From Vicugna vicugna (Eukaryota): 64,000 bases of DNA. The stretch is from NCBI GenBank assembly GCA_013265495.1, contig MU058065.1, forward strand, positions 9,961,720 to 10,025,719. Direction: 5' to 3'. Both the position numbers and the translations under genes were made by a program. Shown here piece by piece: positions 52,881-64,000 of the stretch; the first letter of the stretch is position 1, and the number at the start of each line of letters is the position of its first letter. The notes below the pieces were generated by a model. The model was not told the DNA's origin and did not search any database. It was given only the letters and a program-made list of their open reading frames with translations.

Positions 52881-53110
52881 CAAGTAACATTTCATGATGT
52901 TCATGTAGACCAAGCACTGTTCTAGGTACTATACAAACACTGGCCTGTTTAATCCTCACCACAACCCTGTGAGGCAGAAGCTATTTTACGGATGAAAAAA
53001 TGAAGGCGCAGAGCATGGATTCACTTTCCTCAAGCACCACAGTTAGGGAACGCAGCACCAGGACTTAAACCCTCAGAGTCTGGCTAGGGAGTCTGCAGCC
53101 TTAAGCTCTC
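52881..53110 (-). mobile_element. MIR SINE
   Basis: TTTAATCCTCACCACAACCCTGTGAGGCAG..ATTTTACGGATGAAAAAATGAAGGCGCAGAG. Confidence 0.8.
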
Positions 53111-53879
53111 CAACCTCCTGCCTCCCCGGGGTAACAAACACTCTGCAATGCTATTAATAGGTATTCCTGATTACTTTGTTTCCATTGCTTTAAAAATTAA
53201 ACGCGTTGGTACTTTGTTTTTAAAAGAACAATTTTCTGTTTATAAACCGGGTATATCACCAGTAACAAACTCTACATAAGCCAGAAATTTGCAGGACATG
53301 AGAGTGCTTAAAAATAAACACAAAAATCACAGTTCTCAAATCTGATTCTGAATTTGGCAGTTATAAATAATCACAGTTAAAGTGTTCTCTCACCTCTAAG
53401 CCAGCATTTACTGTATCTATAGAATTAAATGCTACTGATTTTGGACGGTGGGCAGAAACCTGAGGCCATGCAAAGGGACTGTTGAGATTGCTAGTCCAAA
53501 CCCTTCATTTTAGAGATGAGGAACTGAGGTAAGGGACATTTCCTAAGGTCATGCTGGAGAGCCTTGTCTTACTTAGAGACTTTGTAATGTTCCTATTTGT
53601 TCCTTAACCTAATTTGAGGAGTAATGGGCCAACATGCAGCTTGTATAGAAAGATAGCTATGAAAGATAAGATAGCTATGAAATTTTCTCCCTGGCAACCT
53701 CCAGAATGTTTAATATAAATATTGTGATTTAGGGAAATCAACATCATCATCTCCTGACATTCAGGGTAGTTTAATGAAGGATTTAAATTTTCTTCAGAAC
53801 AGAGTGTGTTCATACCCAAATGTGATACAGATGAAGCCCGAGTAAGGGAAAGTGGCAGCACAGTATAAACCATTACCCT

Positions 53880-54045
53880 TTGTGAGGAACAGATTTATAT
53901 TTGAATCTTGATTTTGTCCCTTAGTAACCTAGAGATTTCTGGGCATTTTTTTCTCTGAGCCTCAGTTTTTCCATCTTTAAAATGGAGAGATGAAGATCTA
54001 TTATTTGGTCATTGTACACATTAAATAAGATAATGCTTTTAAGCA
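53880..54045 (+). mobile_element. MIR SINE
   Basis: TCTCTGAGCCTCAGTTTTTCCATCTTTAAAATGGAGA..ATTAAATAAGATAATG. Confidence 0.75.
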
Positions 54046-57000
54046 TTAAAAGATAAAAACACACCAAAAAGTGAGTTTCCATACCCTCTGTGGTTTTCTT
54101 AACTATTTTGATGGAACAGGGAGTTAATTAGCTCACAAGTAGAAGACATCACTTTGACACCACATAGTGCATTTCTAGGCTTATCTGTATCATTTTTTCC
54201 TCCTGCCCTGAATTTCTCAAATTTTAGTAAAAGTAAAGCAGCTTTCCAGACTATAGCGAAAAGACAGATACAATCTTTGATAAAACGAAGTCTTTTTAAG
54301 CTTAAGAAAATCTTTCATTGGCTTAAAATAACGTTTTTAGCATCATGTGCACCCTTCCTCTCGTTGCATTTTACTTTCTAGTCGTGCCAAGCCATCTGTT
54401 GTTCCCTGAAAATGCCATGCTGTTCCCCATGTCCATGTATTTACATGCCATTTCCTCTAGTCTCAAACAGCCCCTTCCTTCTTGTTCATTCGTCAAACCC
54501 TTGGCCATCCTCTTCTACTAGCAGTGAGCTAACTTAGCAGCCGGATCCATGCTTCCCGGGCACAGTGCCTGGAAGGCGGAGGGTGGGAAGAGCACGCAGA
54601 TGTTGGTTCCATGAATGAACGAGGCAGATGATCAAGCAGGGCAATGACACTTTTGTTGACATTAGATTCCACAGTGATGTAAGGAAATTTGTGCAGCTCT
54701 CTGAGAAAGGCTGAAACACAGACTTGGAAAATCTACTGACTGATGGCATTACTGTTCGAGTTTGATTATGGTTTTGTGAAGGATCAAATCTGAAGGAATC
54801 CATATTTAGATACTTGGATATACCTTTTGGAGATTATACTTCTAATACATTGTGCGTCAAAAAGTTTGTAAATGTATCATTTTTAATGTGAAAACTAGCC
54901 AGCTCTGGTACCAGCCAAGCTGACATCAGTGAAGTACATTACATGGCACAGAGTTAGAACTTACTGACATATCTTCAAAATAATATGACACGATACTCAG
55001 TAGAAACTAATATATTCAAAATCGACCTTAACATATTTATATCAGGATATCAAAAGTCATAAAAATCACCTATGGTTACAGTGATGAGACTGAAAATTGC
55101 TAACTTTCGCTAGCTAACTTTCTGTCTCCACTAAAGTTCCCTGTTCTACAATTCATTACTCCATACTTCAGTATCTCTAGAACCAGTGAGAGACTCAAAA
55201 GTAAGCATTCAAAGTATGAATCTTCTAGAGTTAAAAAAATAACTAAGACTACTCATAAAATGATCAGCTAAAATCAGGAATAAAAACAATAATTGTGCAC
55301 TACTCACTTGTCAAGAGGAAATGCTTAGTTTGTGAATTTAAAACAAAAGCAAATTGGAAAATGACAAAAATGCTGAATTGTTCAAAACCTAATTATTCTT
55401 TAAAGTTTAACTCACGGGCTACCCCCTTCTTGAGGTTCTCCCTACTGACTACCTACCTTTTGATCAGTCTTTCCTTTCTAAATGGCTGCACATCACACCT
55501 TTTGGTCTGATTATTTCACATATATGTTCTCACTCTCCTAAAGGGCTATGAACTCATCTTCAAGGAGAATAGATTATTTTATAAAGATTCTTTCCTAAAC
55601 CCACTGTGCTGTAAACAGAGTAGATACATAATAAATGGTTCTTGTTTGTTAACAAATGCCAAATGGGGAATTGCCGCCACAAGAATGGAGACTGCTTCTG
55701 CTACTATTGTCTGTGGTTGAGGAAAACCCCCAAGGCAAGGGTGTATTCAAGAACAGACAGAGCAGACAGTGTTGAGAGGGGAGTAAAGACAGAAGGATGG
55801 CATAGGGGACTAATTCTTCGTCTGAAAAATAGATTGCCTCCGGTTCCCTAGGCAGTCTGCTGATGAGCAGAGATGAGCTACACTAACTGGACTGGTTCAT
55901 TAAAATATGGTCCCCTTAGTTCACCGGGACTCATCTTTATGACAAAGCTGTGATTCTGGGAACCGAATGTGCTAGGTTTGCTTCTCTCATGAAACCCAAA
56001 AGAATAACACAAAATTTAATTTTTAATGACTTTATATTCAGTTTACTGACATTGTATAGCTTAACCTCTGTATGGATTCAACATCTAATAAAATTTAGTG
56101 ATGCAAAGAGCTGTCAGAGCAGTCCCTTCAAGCAGTGGGCTATTTTAACTGTTTAGTATTGAAAGTTTGTAGATCTGCCTCAAGGAAATGCTCTGGATAA
56201 TTAAAAAGTCCTTGCTCATCCTTCAATCTCTCCCACCTCGCTGCCCTGCTCCACTAAACTCCACTGCCATGAAGTTTAATCACTAACACGATTACTGCCG
56301 GTTTGTTTACTTCCATTTCCCCAGAACAAATGCCTGATACATCAAATGTTGAATTAATGAATGAAGTCATTTGCCATATCAGTTTTTTGGAGACTTGGGC
56401 GTCAAAACCAAGGACTTGAACTTCAGTTTTGTCTGAGACCAGAGCTGATGATAAAAGTAACCGGGCCAGTGAGAATGCCTGGGTCATCCTTTCCCTTTAA
56501 CAGTGCCTTAGACACTTCATGATTGCCAGAGACTTAGTATTCTGCAGACAGTTTCCACAGTAATATTTTTACTGCCTGAGAAAGGGGCACCATGTTGGAA
56601 CTGCCTTCTAAAATTCTGAAATTCTTAGACCTCTGAGGTGAAGCATGTGCGTATGTAAGGAGGGGAGGAAGGGATGCTGAGCCGAGCTGAGAGAATGTCC
56701 AGTAGATTTCACCAGGAGGCTGGTGTCAAAGTCACTATCAAGCCTGAAGCATGAGTCTCTGAGTGAGTCATTATAATGGTGTATGTCACCGTTTGGCTTG
56801 CCTCAAATGCTGTGCAACTTGTTGAATATGTTCTTGTGATATCCATATTATAATATCTAGTGATAGAGATTTAAGAGACCATATTTTGTAAGAATCACTG
56901 AAAAAAATCTATTAAACTCTGCTAGAAAACCTGGTTGCTGACAAAACTCTGAAGGAAGAAGATGCTTGGGGAAAAAACGCAAATTAAAAATATTCATTAA

Positions 57001-60000
57001 GAGAAGAGCCAACCCTGCAACAGTTTCCTATGGAACCACAAAACAACAACAACAACAAAGCGATTGGAACGTGACCACAGATCTGAATACCAAAACTCAC
57101 GGGCAGAGACAGAGCAGAGTTTCTGTAGTGCCCGAACTTAGACAATGTTTTGGAACTTCTTGGAAAAAAAACAAAATGATGTTACAAATGCTCCAGGATG
57201 TAGAGAGGCCTGGAAGGGACCTGTGCAAAGCGAGGGGCCCTGATGTTGGAGTTACACCCATTCAGCATCATAACAGCCTCCGCACAGGGCCGTGGTCAGG
57301 ACAGTGTTTATAGAACAGCTTCTTCAGGAAGGTCCAAGGTAGGAAAAGTGAGACACATGGGAAAAGAAATGTGGGAAGAGCAGGGAAGGAGGCCACGGCT
57401 ACAGCGATGATGCGCTGGCAATTAGCACTGAGGTGGGGACAATAAACAGTAGCAATAAACAGTAGCAATGGTGACAGCAGAAGAAATTCTATTTTGAGGG
57501 GAGAGAGGAGCAAAGAGCTTCGCCTTGTGGGAACCAAAAAGCTATTTAAATCTGGCAATCCAGTCTAGGGTGATCACTCTGTCACACTAAAGGCTCATCA
57601 ACCAGAGGACAGCTATTTTATTGCTAGAAAATTGCAAGACAATTGTGGCGCTCACCCTGAGGAAACAGGGTACGTGCCCGGGAACATTTTCCCATCTTCC
57701 TGGCTCCTTTTCCCACCCCTCCCCTCACATTCCTCACAGCTCCTCCCTCCTACTTGGCCACTTCCATACCAGTGTTTCCACACAGATTCAACCTGTGAAA
57801 TCGCACATTCATTTGGATGAAAATTGTACGACAGAAGGGGTTACATAAGCAGAGTCCATCCAAAGGCAGTATTGTGTACTTTTCAAACTCAAAGACTTTC
57901 AAATTTGTTATGCGTAATGTAAGCAATTAGTCAACTGGCTTGAGCCAGGAATGATTTGAAAGTCAAACATTCAGACCAGTTTGGAGGCAACAGTGCCCTT
58001 TTCTTCTGATAAGGAAGGCAGCCTTTGGAGCCGTCCTTGTCCCAACACACCAAGTGGTGAAGTGCCCAGATCATGAGTCTGCTGTGGGGAGAAACTAGGC
58101 TTGTTCATCTCTGATGTTTAATCTCCGGTCTCTTGCTCAGAGCTTGGCTTTAAACAGATGCTCAATAAAGTGTCAAAACTGAGGGTATCCTGGGAACACA
58201 CTAAATGCGAGGGGAGTAGAAAAGTACGTTCAGCACGACGAGGCGCCTGGTGTCCACACACGGAAAAGTCCAGAGTTACAGAGAGTAGTTTGAAGAAAGC
58301 TGACAACTCAAAGGACAGCCAAACAACCTTAAAGAAAGAGGAGCTGGAGAAGGATGCTTCTGGCCCTGGTTCCTTATCAGCTTTGGTGAAAGTTAGCTAA
58401 TCATGACTCTGGTGCCCAATAGACAGCACTTAACACCAATTTAGTGAGAAAAGCAAATGGCCCCAAAGCAAACTTAAGAGATAAGTGTGAGAAAAACAAG
58501 ATTCAGAGTGCAGGCAGTATCCATTCAACCCTAACGTCGCGGCCACTCACGTCTGCACCTGCCGTGTTTATACTGACAGACAGTCATAAACAAACCAACC
58601 AACCCCTTTAAAATCAGGTGCTGTGTCTGTTCTTTATGGAGGAAAGTAATTTGATAATACATCCCAGGAAAGAAATCTCTTAACATGTTTTAAAGCCTTC
58701 ACATTTCAGCTCTCTGAAAAATTCAGCTAGAGCAGGCAGATTCATCAAGCAAAGCCACCTAACTCTTACTCCAGCTGAGATTGACAACTTCAGCAAATTT
58801 TAACTTTTCAACTGGAGGAAATAACTATTATTCTCACCCCAAAGCTTCGTTGGCTTTGGAGTTAAAAGAGCTCCACCCTAACAACACAAACCTACAAAGT
58901 AACTTCGCTAGAACCCACAAAATAAGCAGGATATGAGCTCCCCCTACTGGTACAACACTGTTCCCACTTCATGAATCTGGTAAGGGATGGCCTCTGCGAG
59001 CTATAGAGTAAAACAGAATTCCAGTTTAGGGTTAAAGAGGAGGAAAAGCTAAAAGTTTTTAAAAAAAGCAACCCACCACCACAGGCAAACAAACAAACAA
59101 ACAAACTAAAAAACAGGAAAATTACTCACTCTCAAATAATCTCTGTGAAAGAAATATGCAAAAGACATGTTTACAAATATTTGACACACCGTTTAAGCCC
59201 CCATCCGAGTGGACAGGTGAGTGAACTGGACGACTGTCCCTCTCAGCAGGCTCGGTGGCCTCCTTTGCATTCAGACGTGGCAACAAGAACATTCCTATAG
59301 CCATTCTGTATATAAATAGTAGAATTTTCCCCCTCTAACAGCACATGTGGAAGGCTACAGGCTTTGGAGAAATAAAATAGAGTAGCACCATGGAGTTTGG
59401 ACAAAGACCATCATCTGAGGGCCTTGGGTTTTCTGCGTTTGAAAATGACTTCACTGTGTTGCTATGTGAACTGGGAAACTAAAAGTGGAAGCTGTAAGTT
59501 TTATATTTCAAGCCACTCAAATTAGTTGTCTCCAGAGAAGAAATTCAATGTGAGAGTCAATGGCAAATATAGGTAAAGTGCTATTGTGGGGTCATTCACA
59601 CTGACAAAGCAGGGGAGTTGCTACAGAGGTGTTGCTAGTGATAAGCCGTTATAGAAAAAAATGTAATGAAAGAAATGGAACTCCCACTCTTTGAGTCAGC
59701 AGAAGGGAGCTGTTTCATGATATCTGCTATATTTGTAAGGCTGCAATTTGATTGTACCTGATTCTGTTATCACAATCTGTTACATATCCTACATAGAATA
59801 TAAATGCATAAAGCCACTTAAAGGCCAAATCACAGAGCTGTCTATTTTTGTATCTTATTTTGTACTGCCATACCAGTGATGATGCTTAAGTGGTAGAAAT
59901 TTAAAACGGTAAATGAAAAACCAAAACATCAGTAGATGCAGGCTTTACTGAAAAGCCACCGGTTGAAAATCCCAAAAGTACATCAATCTGCTTCCCTCTT

Positions 60001-60279
60001 GAAGTCTGAGAAAATTGCCTTAGATGAATGCAACAGGCTCAATGCATGGGGTTTTGTTTTTTAAAATGATGCTTTTTATGAAACATTTTCATGTCTTACA
60101 AGTAAACCTATATATTCATTCATGTTGAATGTGTATGGAGAATTTGAGGAGTACAAACTGAGGTGACAGGATTGTTACCGTGTTTTTCTTCTCCTTTCTA
60201 GATCCTTCTTTGTATCGGCATATAATATTTTTGTTCCCACGAGTGGCAATATGGAAGGGAATGGAAGGTGATTCGAGTA

Positions 60280-60930
60280 GATGTGGGACACCAGCGTATC
60301 TGCGACCTTCTCACCGTCTTTTTTCGCCACCGCCCTAGTTCGGTCAGGGTCATCTTTACCTATTCTGCTAAAATAATCTTTCTGCTGGTTTCCTTGCTTC
60401 CTCTCTTGTTTCATCTATAATTCATCCTCCACACAGAAGCCAGAGCAGTCTTTTAAAAATATAAGCCAGATTATATTACTCTCCTCCAAACGCTTCCCAT
60501 GACACTATAAATAAAACCCAATTCCTTACCACTTCTCCACTCTCCTCTTCCACCACGTTCCTGCTTGATCACTGTGCTCAAACCACGTCTAGCTTCTCTT
60601 TGTTTCTGGATTTCACTGAGGTCTCCCCTGGGGCACTGGCACGTGCTCTCCTCTTTGCTCTGAGTGCCTGCCTTGCCTTGGGGTCTTGGGGCGCACTTCT
60701 TTCTAATGCAGGCATTCAGTGCAAATCTCACTCTTCCTCCAAAACCTAGTCACTCTGTATTCTATGACCTTGTTTACTTTACTAAAAGACAGATCGCTCT
60801 CTGAAATGCTCCTGTTTATTTATTTGCTTAGCTTATGTCCGTTGCTTCTCTTTAGAATTAAGCTTCATGTGAGCAGGGACTTTTTTCTGTATCTCAAGCA
60901 TCTTAAACATGGCTGGCACAGAGTATAATA
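60280..60930 (+). mobile_element. L2 LINE 3' region
   Basis: CTCCACACAGAAGCCAGAGCAGTCTTTTAAAAAT..AAACCCAATTCCTTACC..TAGAATTAAGCTTCATGTGAGCAGGGACTTT. Confidence 0.75.
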
Positions 60931-61239
60931 ATATTACGCTGTGTTATCAAATCGAAAGAGCATATAGTGTCACATGGAGGTAAGTACTGTATTATCAATA
61001 AATCAAGTGGAATAAATGTTAGGAATAAAAAACCCTGTGTGTGTGCATGTCCCTTTGCACAGGACTAACACGCCAAAGTCACATTACACGAGTGTAGCCA
61101 TTTCTCTGATTAGTTCAAAATCCCTACTTAATAGCAACACCTTCCTTTTAAGCAATTAATAAATGTTTAAAATATTTTAACCTGAAAGGCTCTGTATTTT
61201 TATTTTAAATCTCTGACATCAAAATAAATGGCAGACTAC

Positions 61240-61460
61240 ATGGGAAACAGTGGAGAGAAGAGAAACTGGTGCTTCAAGGGCCTGGGTTTAAATCCTGGCT
61301 GTGCCACTAGCCACATGGTTGTGGACAAGTAGCTTAGTCTTGATGTTTTCATGTTCTTCATTGGAAAATGGAGATGATACATCTTTCTTGAAGAGTTATG
61401 GCAACTATTTACTATTTGGCTATAAAATATCTGGCCCAGAGTAGGGGCTCATTATAAGTA
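61240..61460 (+). mobile_element. MIR SINE
   Basis: CCTGGGTTTAAATCCTGGCTGTGCCACTAGC..GGACAAGT..AAAATGGAGATGATA. Confidence 0.75.
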
Positions 61461-62476
61461 TCTTAACAAGAGACAGTATAAATTAGTCTTTAGAGTGTTC
61501 CACTGGGCTTATCAGTTACTGGAGCAGATAAACCATATGAAGGTTAGTGATTCGTGTATTATACGTATATGTAAATTAGCAGAGTTGCGTCCTTATCAGT
61601 GTTTCTGTAATTGCCCCATTTGAAAGCAGCGCGCCTAAAAGCAATACACTGTTTGAAGTATTTTTCCATCTATTCCTTTTCATTCCCAGTAACCTCGGGG
61701 AGTAGTACGCAGCTAAAGCGTTTTTCATTTGCTTGGCCTTGTCCCAAAGGTATGAAAATTAGAAATTTTGTCAGAAGGAGTGCTCCTTCAGCATTAGCAG
61801 TAAATACTGTGTGCTAGAAATGTTGGAAACAGTCATTTTTAATCCTCAGACATTTAGAGCTGAAAACTACTTAGAAAAAGTTAGGAAAAAAAAATCTCTG
61901 AACTTACAAAAATTCAAGTCTTTGTTGAAACAAATAGATGATTCAGTGTCACAGAATCCCTTTCATGAATTCACTCAGCCAGTCCGTTGTAGTGCACTAA
62001 AATGGGCTTTGCCTTCTGGGACCATTTGCAGGTGCAGGAAGAGGCACCTGTCTTAGTTTGTGATGTGGTGGCAATTACAGGAGGTGCTCAACCAGATCAA
62101 GCATTTCACCGTTGGCTAAAAAACAGAAAACGGTTCAGTGGAACTAAGCGACTCTGGATCTGAATTTTTCTCTCTTTCCAGACATTGAAAATGTTTGTAA
62201 TCCATTCTATGCATTTTTACCTCTTTGTCCTATTCTCCTCTCTCCCCTTAGGTATGGTTATTCCTAAAGAGAGAGGGATCAGAGGGGAGTTTCATGAATG
62301 CTTACGTTGTCACTGAATGGCAGCCCCCAATTCTCTACTAATATATATACTATTATGAATTACAATATATAAAACACATAATGCAAAATATATGTAATTT
62401 ATGCATACTGCTCAACATATATTCAAGACTCATCCAGGAATATATAATTATACAATCGCAAATGAGAAAAGAACTT

Positions 62477-62652
62477 GGGGAGGAAGGTATATCTCAAGGG
62501 GTAGAGCACGTGCTTAGCATGCACGAGGTCCTGGATTCAATCTCTAGTATCTTCTCTAAGGAGAAAGAAATAAATAAACCTAATTATCCACCCACCATCC
62601 CCCAAAAAAACTGAAAAAAAAAAAAAGAACCAACTAAATTTGAAAAAATTAA
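62477..62652 (+). mobile_element. tRNA-derived SINE, second copy of the same family as 5636-5775
   Basis: GGGGAGGAAGGTATATCTCAAGGGGTAGAGCACGTGCTTAGCATGCACGAGGTCCTGGATTCAATC, with the shared AATAAATAAACCTAAT tail and poly-A. TSD AAAAGAACTTGG at 62467-62478 and 62653-62664. Confidence 0.9.
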
Positions 62653-63143
62653 AAAAGAACTTGGAACATAGATCTTTAAAAGATTTTCCTGACAATGTAT
62701 TACCTTCCTATAGAAATTCTCAAAAGGTTTGTCTTAAGACAGGTAAAAATTTGTGAAAGAGGTTGAGAAAGGGGAATGATTTCAAAGTGATGAAATGATT
62801 TCTATAAGGAAATTCTTCTACGTTCCCAGCTTAAGGCTTAAGTACCTTCAGTCTACGGGAGGAGACCAGAGCAGTTACGATCGGTAGATCATTCCTCAGG
62901 TCTCCATGCACCCTGTCACACGGGGCAGTAGAGAGAATATCGTTAATGAGACTGCAGGGACGGGAGACAAATGGATGGGGTTGGAGCAGTTTCCCAATGT
63001 GTGCACCATGGATTACTAATTCCTTTGCTTTTTCAGTATCTTTAAGAAAAATGTTTCATGATCAGGTGTTCTTTTAAAACACTTTTTAAACAAAACCTAG
63101 CAAGTTTCTTTACTCTAAGGTTTCTCAGTCTTTCATATGTGAC

Positions 63144-63256
63144 CAAGGTGACCACCTGTCCTTGTTTTTGGAGGACTGAGGAGTTTCCTGGGTTGCAGAA
63201 TTTTCCACGCTAAACTGGAAAAGTCTTGGGCAAATTGGAGCAAGTTGGACACCTTA
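63144..63256. mobile_element. MER81-like hAT-Blackjack MITE
   Basis: TIRs CAAGGTGACCA..TGGACACCTTA (consensus TAGGGTGACCA), 113 bp. Degenerate 8-bp TSD TATGTGAC (63136-63143) / CCTGTGAC (63257-63264). Confidence 0.8.
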
Positions 63257-63324
63257 CCTGTGACGCCTCAAAAGAGGTCAAAATACGCTTCATTTCTCAA
63301 TCTCACTCAACTGAATAGCCTTTG

Positions 63325-63426
63325 GCAAAGAGCACTGTGAGGCATTCAAGTTCTACCGAACACACCTCAAAAGTGCAAAGAGCACTGTGAGGCATTCAAG
63401 TTCTACCGAACACACCTCAAAAGTGC
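63325..63426. repeat. Perfect tandem duplication, 2 x 50 bp
   Basis: GCAAAGAGCACTGTGAGGCATTCAAGTTCTACCGAACACACCTCAAAAGT at 63325 and 63375, followed by GC. Confidence 0.98.
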
Positions 63427-64000
63427 TGGGGTAAGGAAAGTGTCAGATCTCCTATTCAGCAGGACGAAGCATTGATTTCAACCTTTGTCTTGTCTGGCAA
63501 GAACAAAATCTATTTTTCCTAATGAAATATCCTCTGGCTACATTAAATGCTATTTTAGATGGGTGAGAAATGTGTGTAGGGTAGAGTTAGGAAGAAAATC
63601 TTTGTCTGGAACACCTTTTTCTCGATTTTCTTCTCAAAACATGCATGGGTTGGAGTATAAAAACTATTGAGGGACAAATGCACTAAATAAGTAAATATTC
63701 TGTGTGTTAATATGGAAAGAAATGTTGATTGGGACCTTATAAAAACCAATAGTACAGCCTACCCAAGCCTGAAGCTGTTTAACATTCTACATTTTTTTGT
63801 TCCTTACTTGGGCACTAAAAATCTCTTTCCCCAAGACATTGAACATCACCGCTTTCTCTTTTCTTCTTCTGACATTTTGCAAGGAAAAGTCCTTTTCTCT
63901 CTCACCAGATTGCTCTCCTAGTTTGTTTCTCCAAACTCTTTTTTATCCCCTATAAATACCTCCTTTTATATCTGAGCACAGCATTACCATATTGCTCCAG

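Larger units (their letters stand above)
62984..63428. mobile_element. Old hAT-Charlie element (MER113-like) hosting the MER81-like insertion
   Basis: Left end GCAGTTTCCCAATGTGTG..ATGGATTACTAATTCC and right end GTTCTACCGAACACACCTCAAAAGTGCTG resemble the CAGCGTTTCCCAAAGTGTGTTCC-type termini. Confidence 0.55.

Noticed and set aside
57440..57469. 13-bp tandem duplication CAATAAACAGTAG x2
   Set aside because: Real, but an ordinary slippage event with no sign of function.

Overview
This is AT-rich mammalian genomic DNA, most likely from a camelid (camel, alpaca or llama). The taxon call rests on two copies of a short tRNA-Ala-like SINE resembling the camelid vic-1 type, plus artiodactyl-style L1 3' ends. 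I find no credible protein-coding gene, RNA gene or CRISPR array, and none of the supplied ORFs is a recognisable host protein. The only protein homologies I can see are decayed transposon fossils: a hAT-Charlie (Cheshire-like) transposase C-terminus at about 24.2-24.7 kb and a CR1/L3 ORF2 at about 35.8-38.5 kb. The window looks like a large intron or gene desert filled with old repeats (MIR, L2, L3, L1M, MLT1, MER-type DNA transposons). Between them lie unique, CpG-retaining blocks with regulatory-looking motifs: a TATA box plus 5' splice donor at 2.3-2.4 kb, a CTCF-like site at 32.3 kb, and an E2F/GC-box/CCAAT/TCF cluster at 47.4-48.1 kb. The clearest structural oddities are a near-perfect 4 x 113-bp tandem array inside the ancient L3, a 2 x 50-bp duplication inside nested hAT elements, an L1-3'UTR/LTR fusion, and a 228-bp pure-purine tract. 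I could not identify the locus and see no convincing novel biological system. Repeat family names come from recall of consensus sequences, and old-repeat boundaries are approximate.
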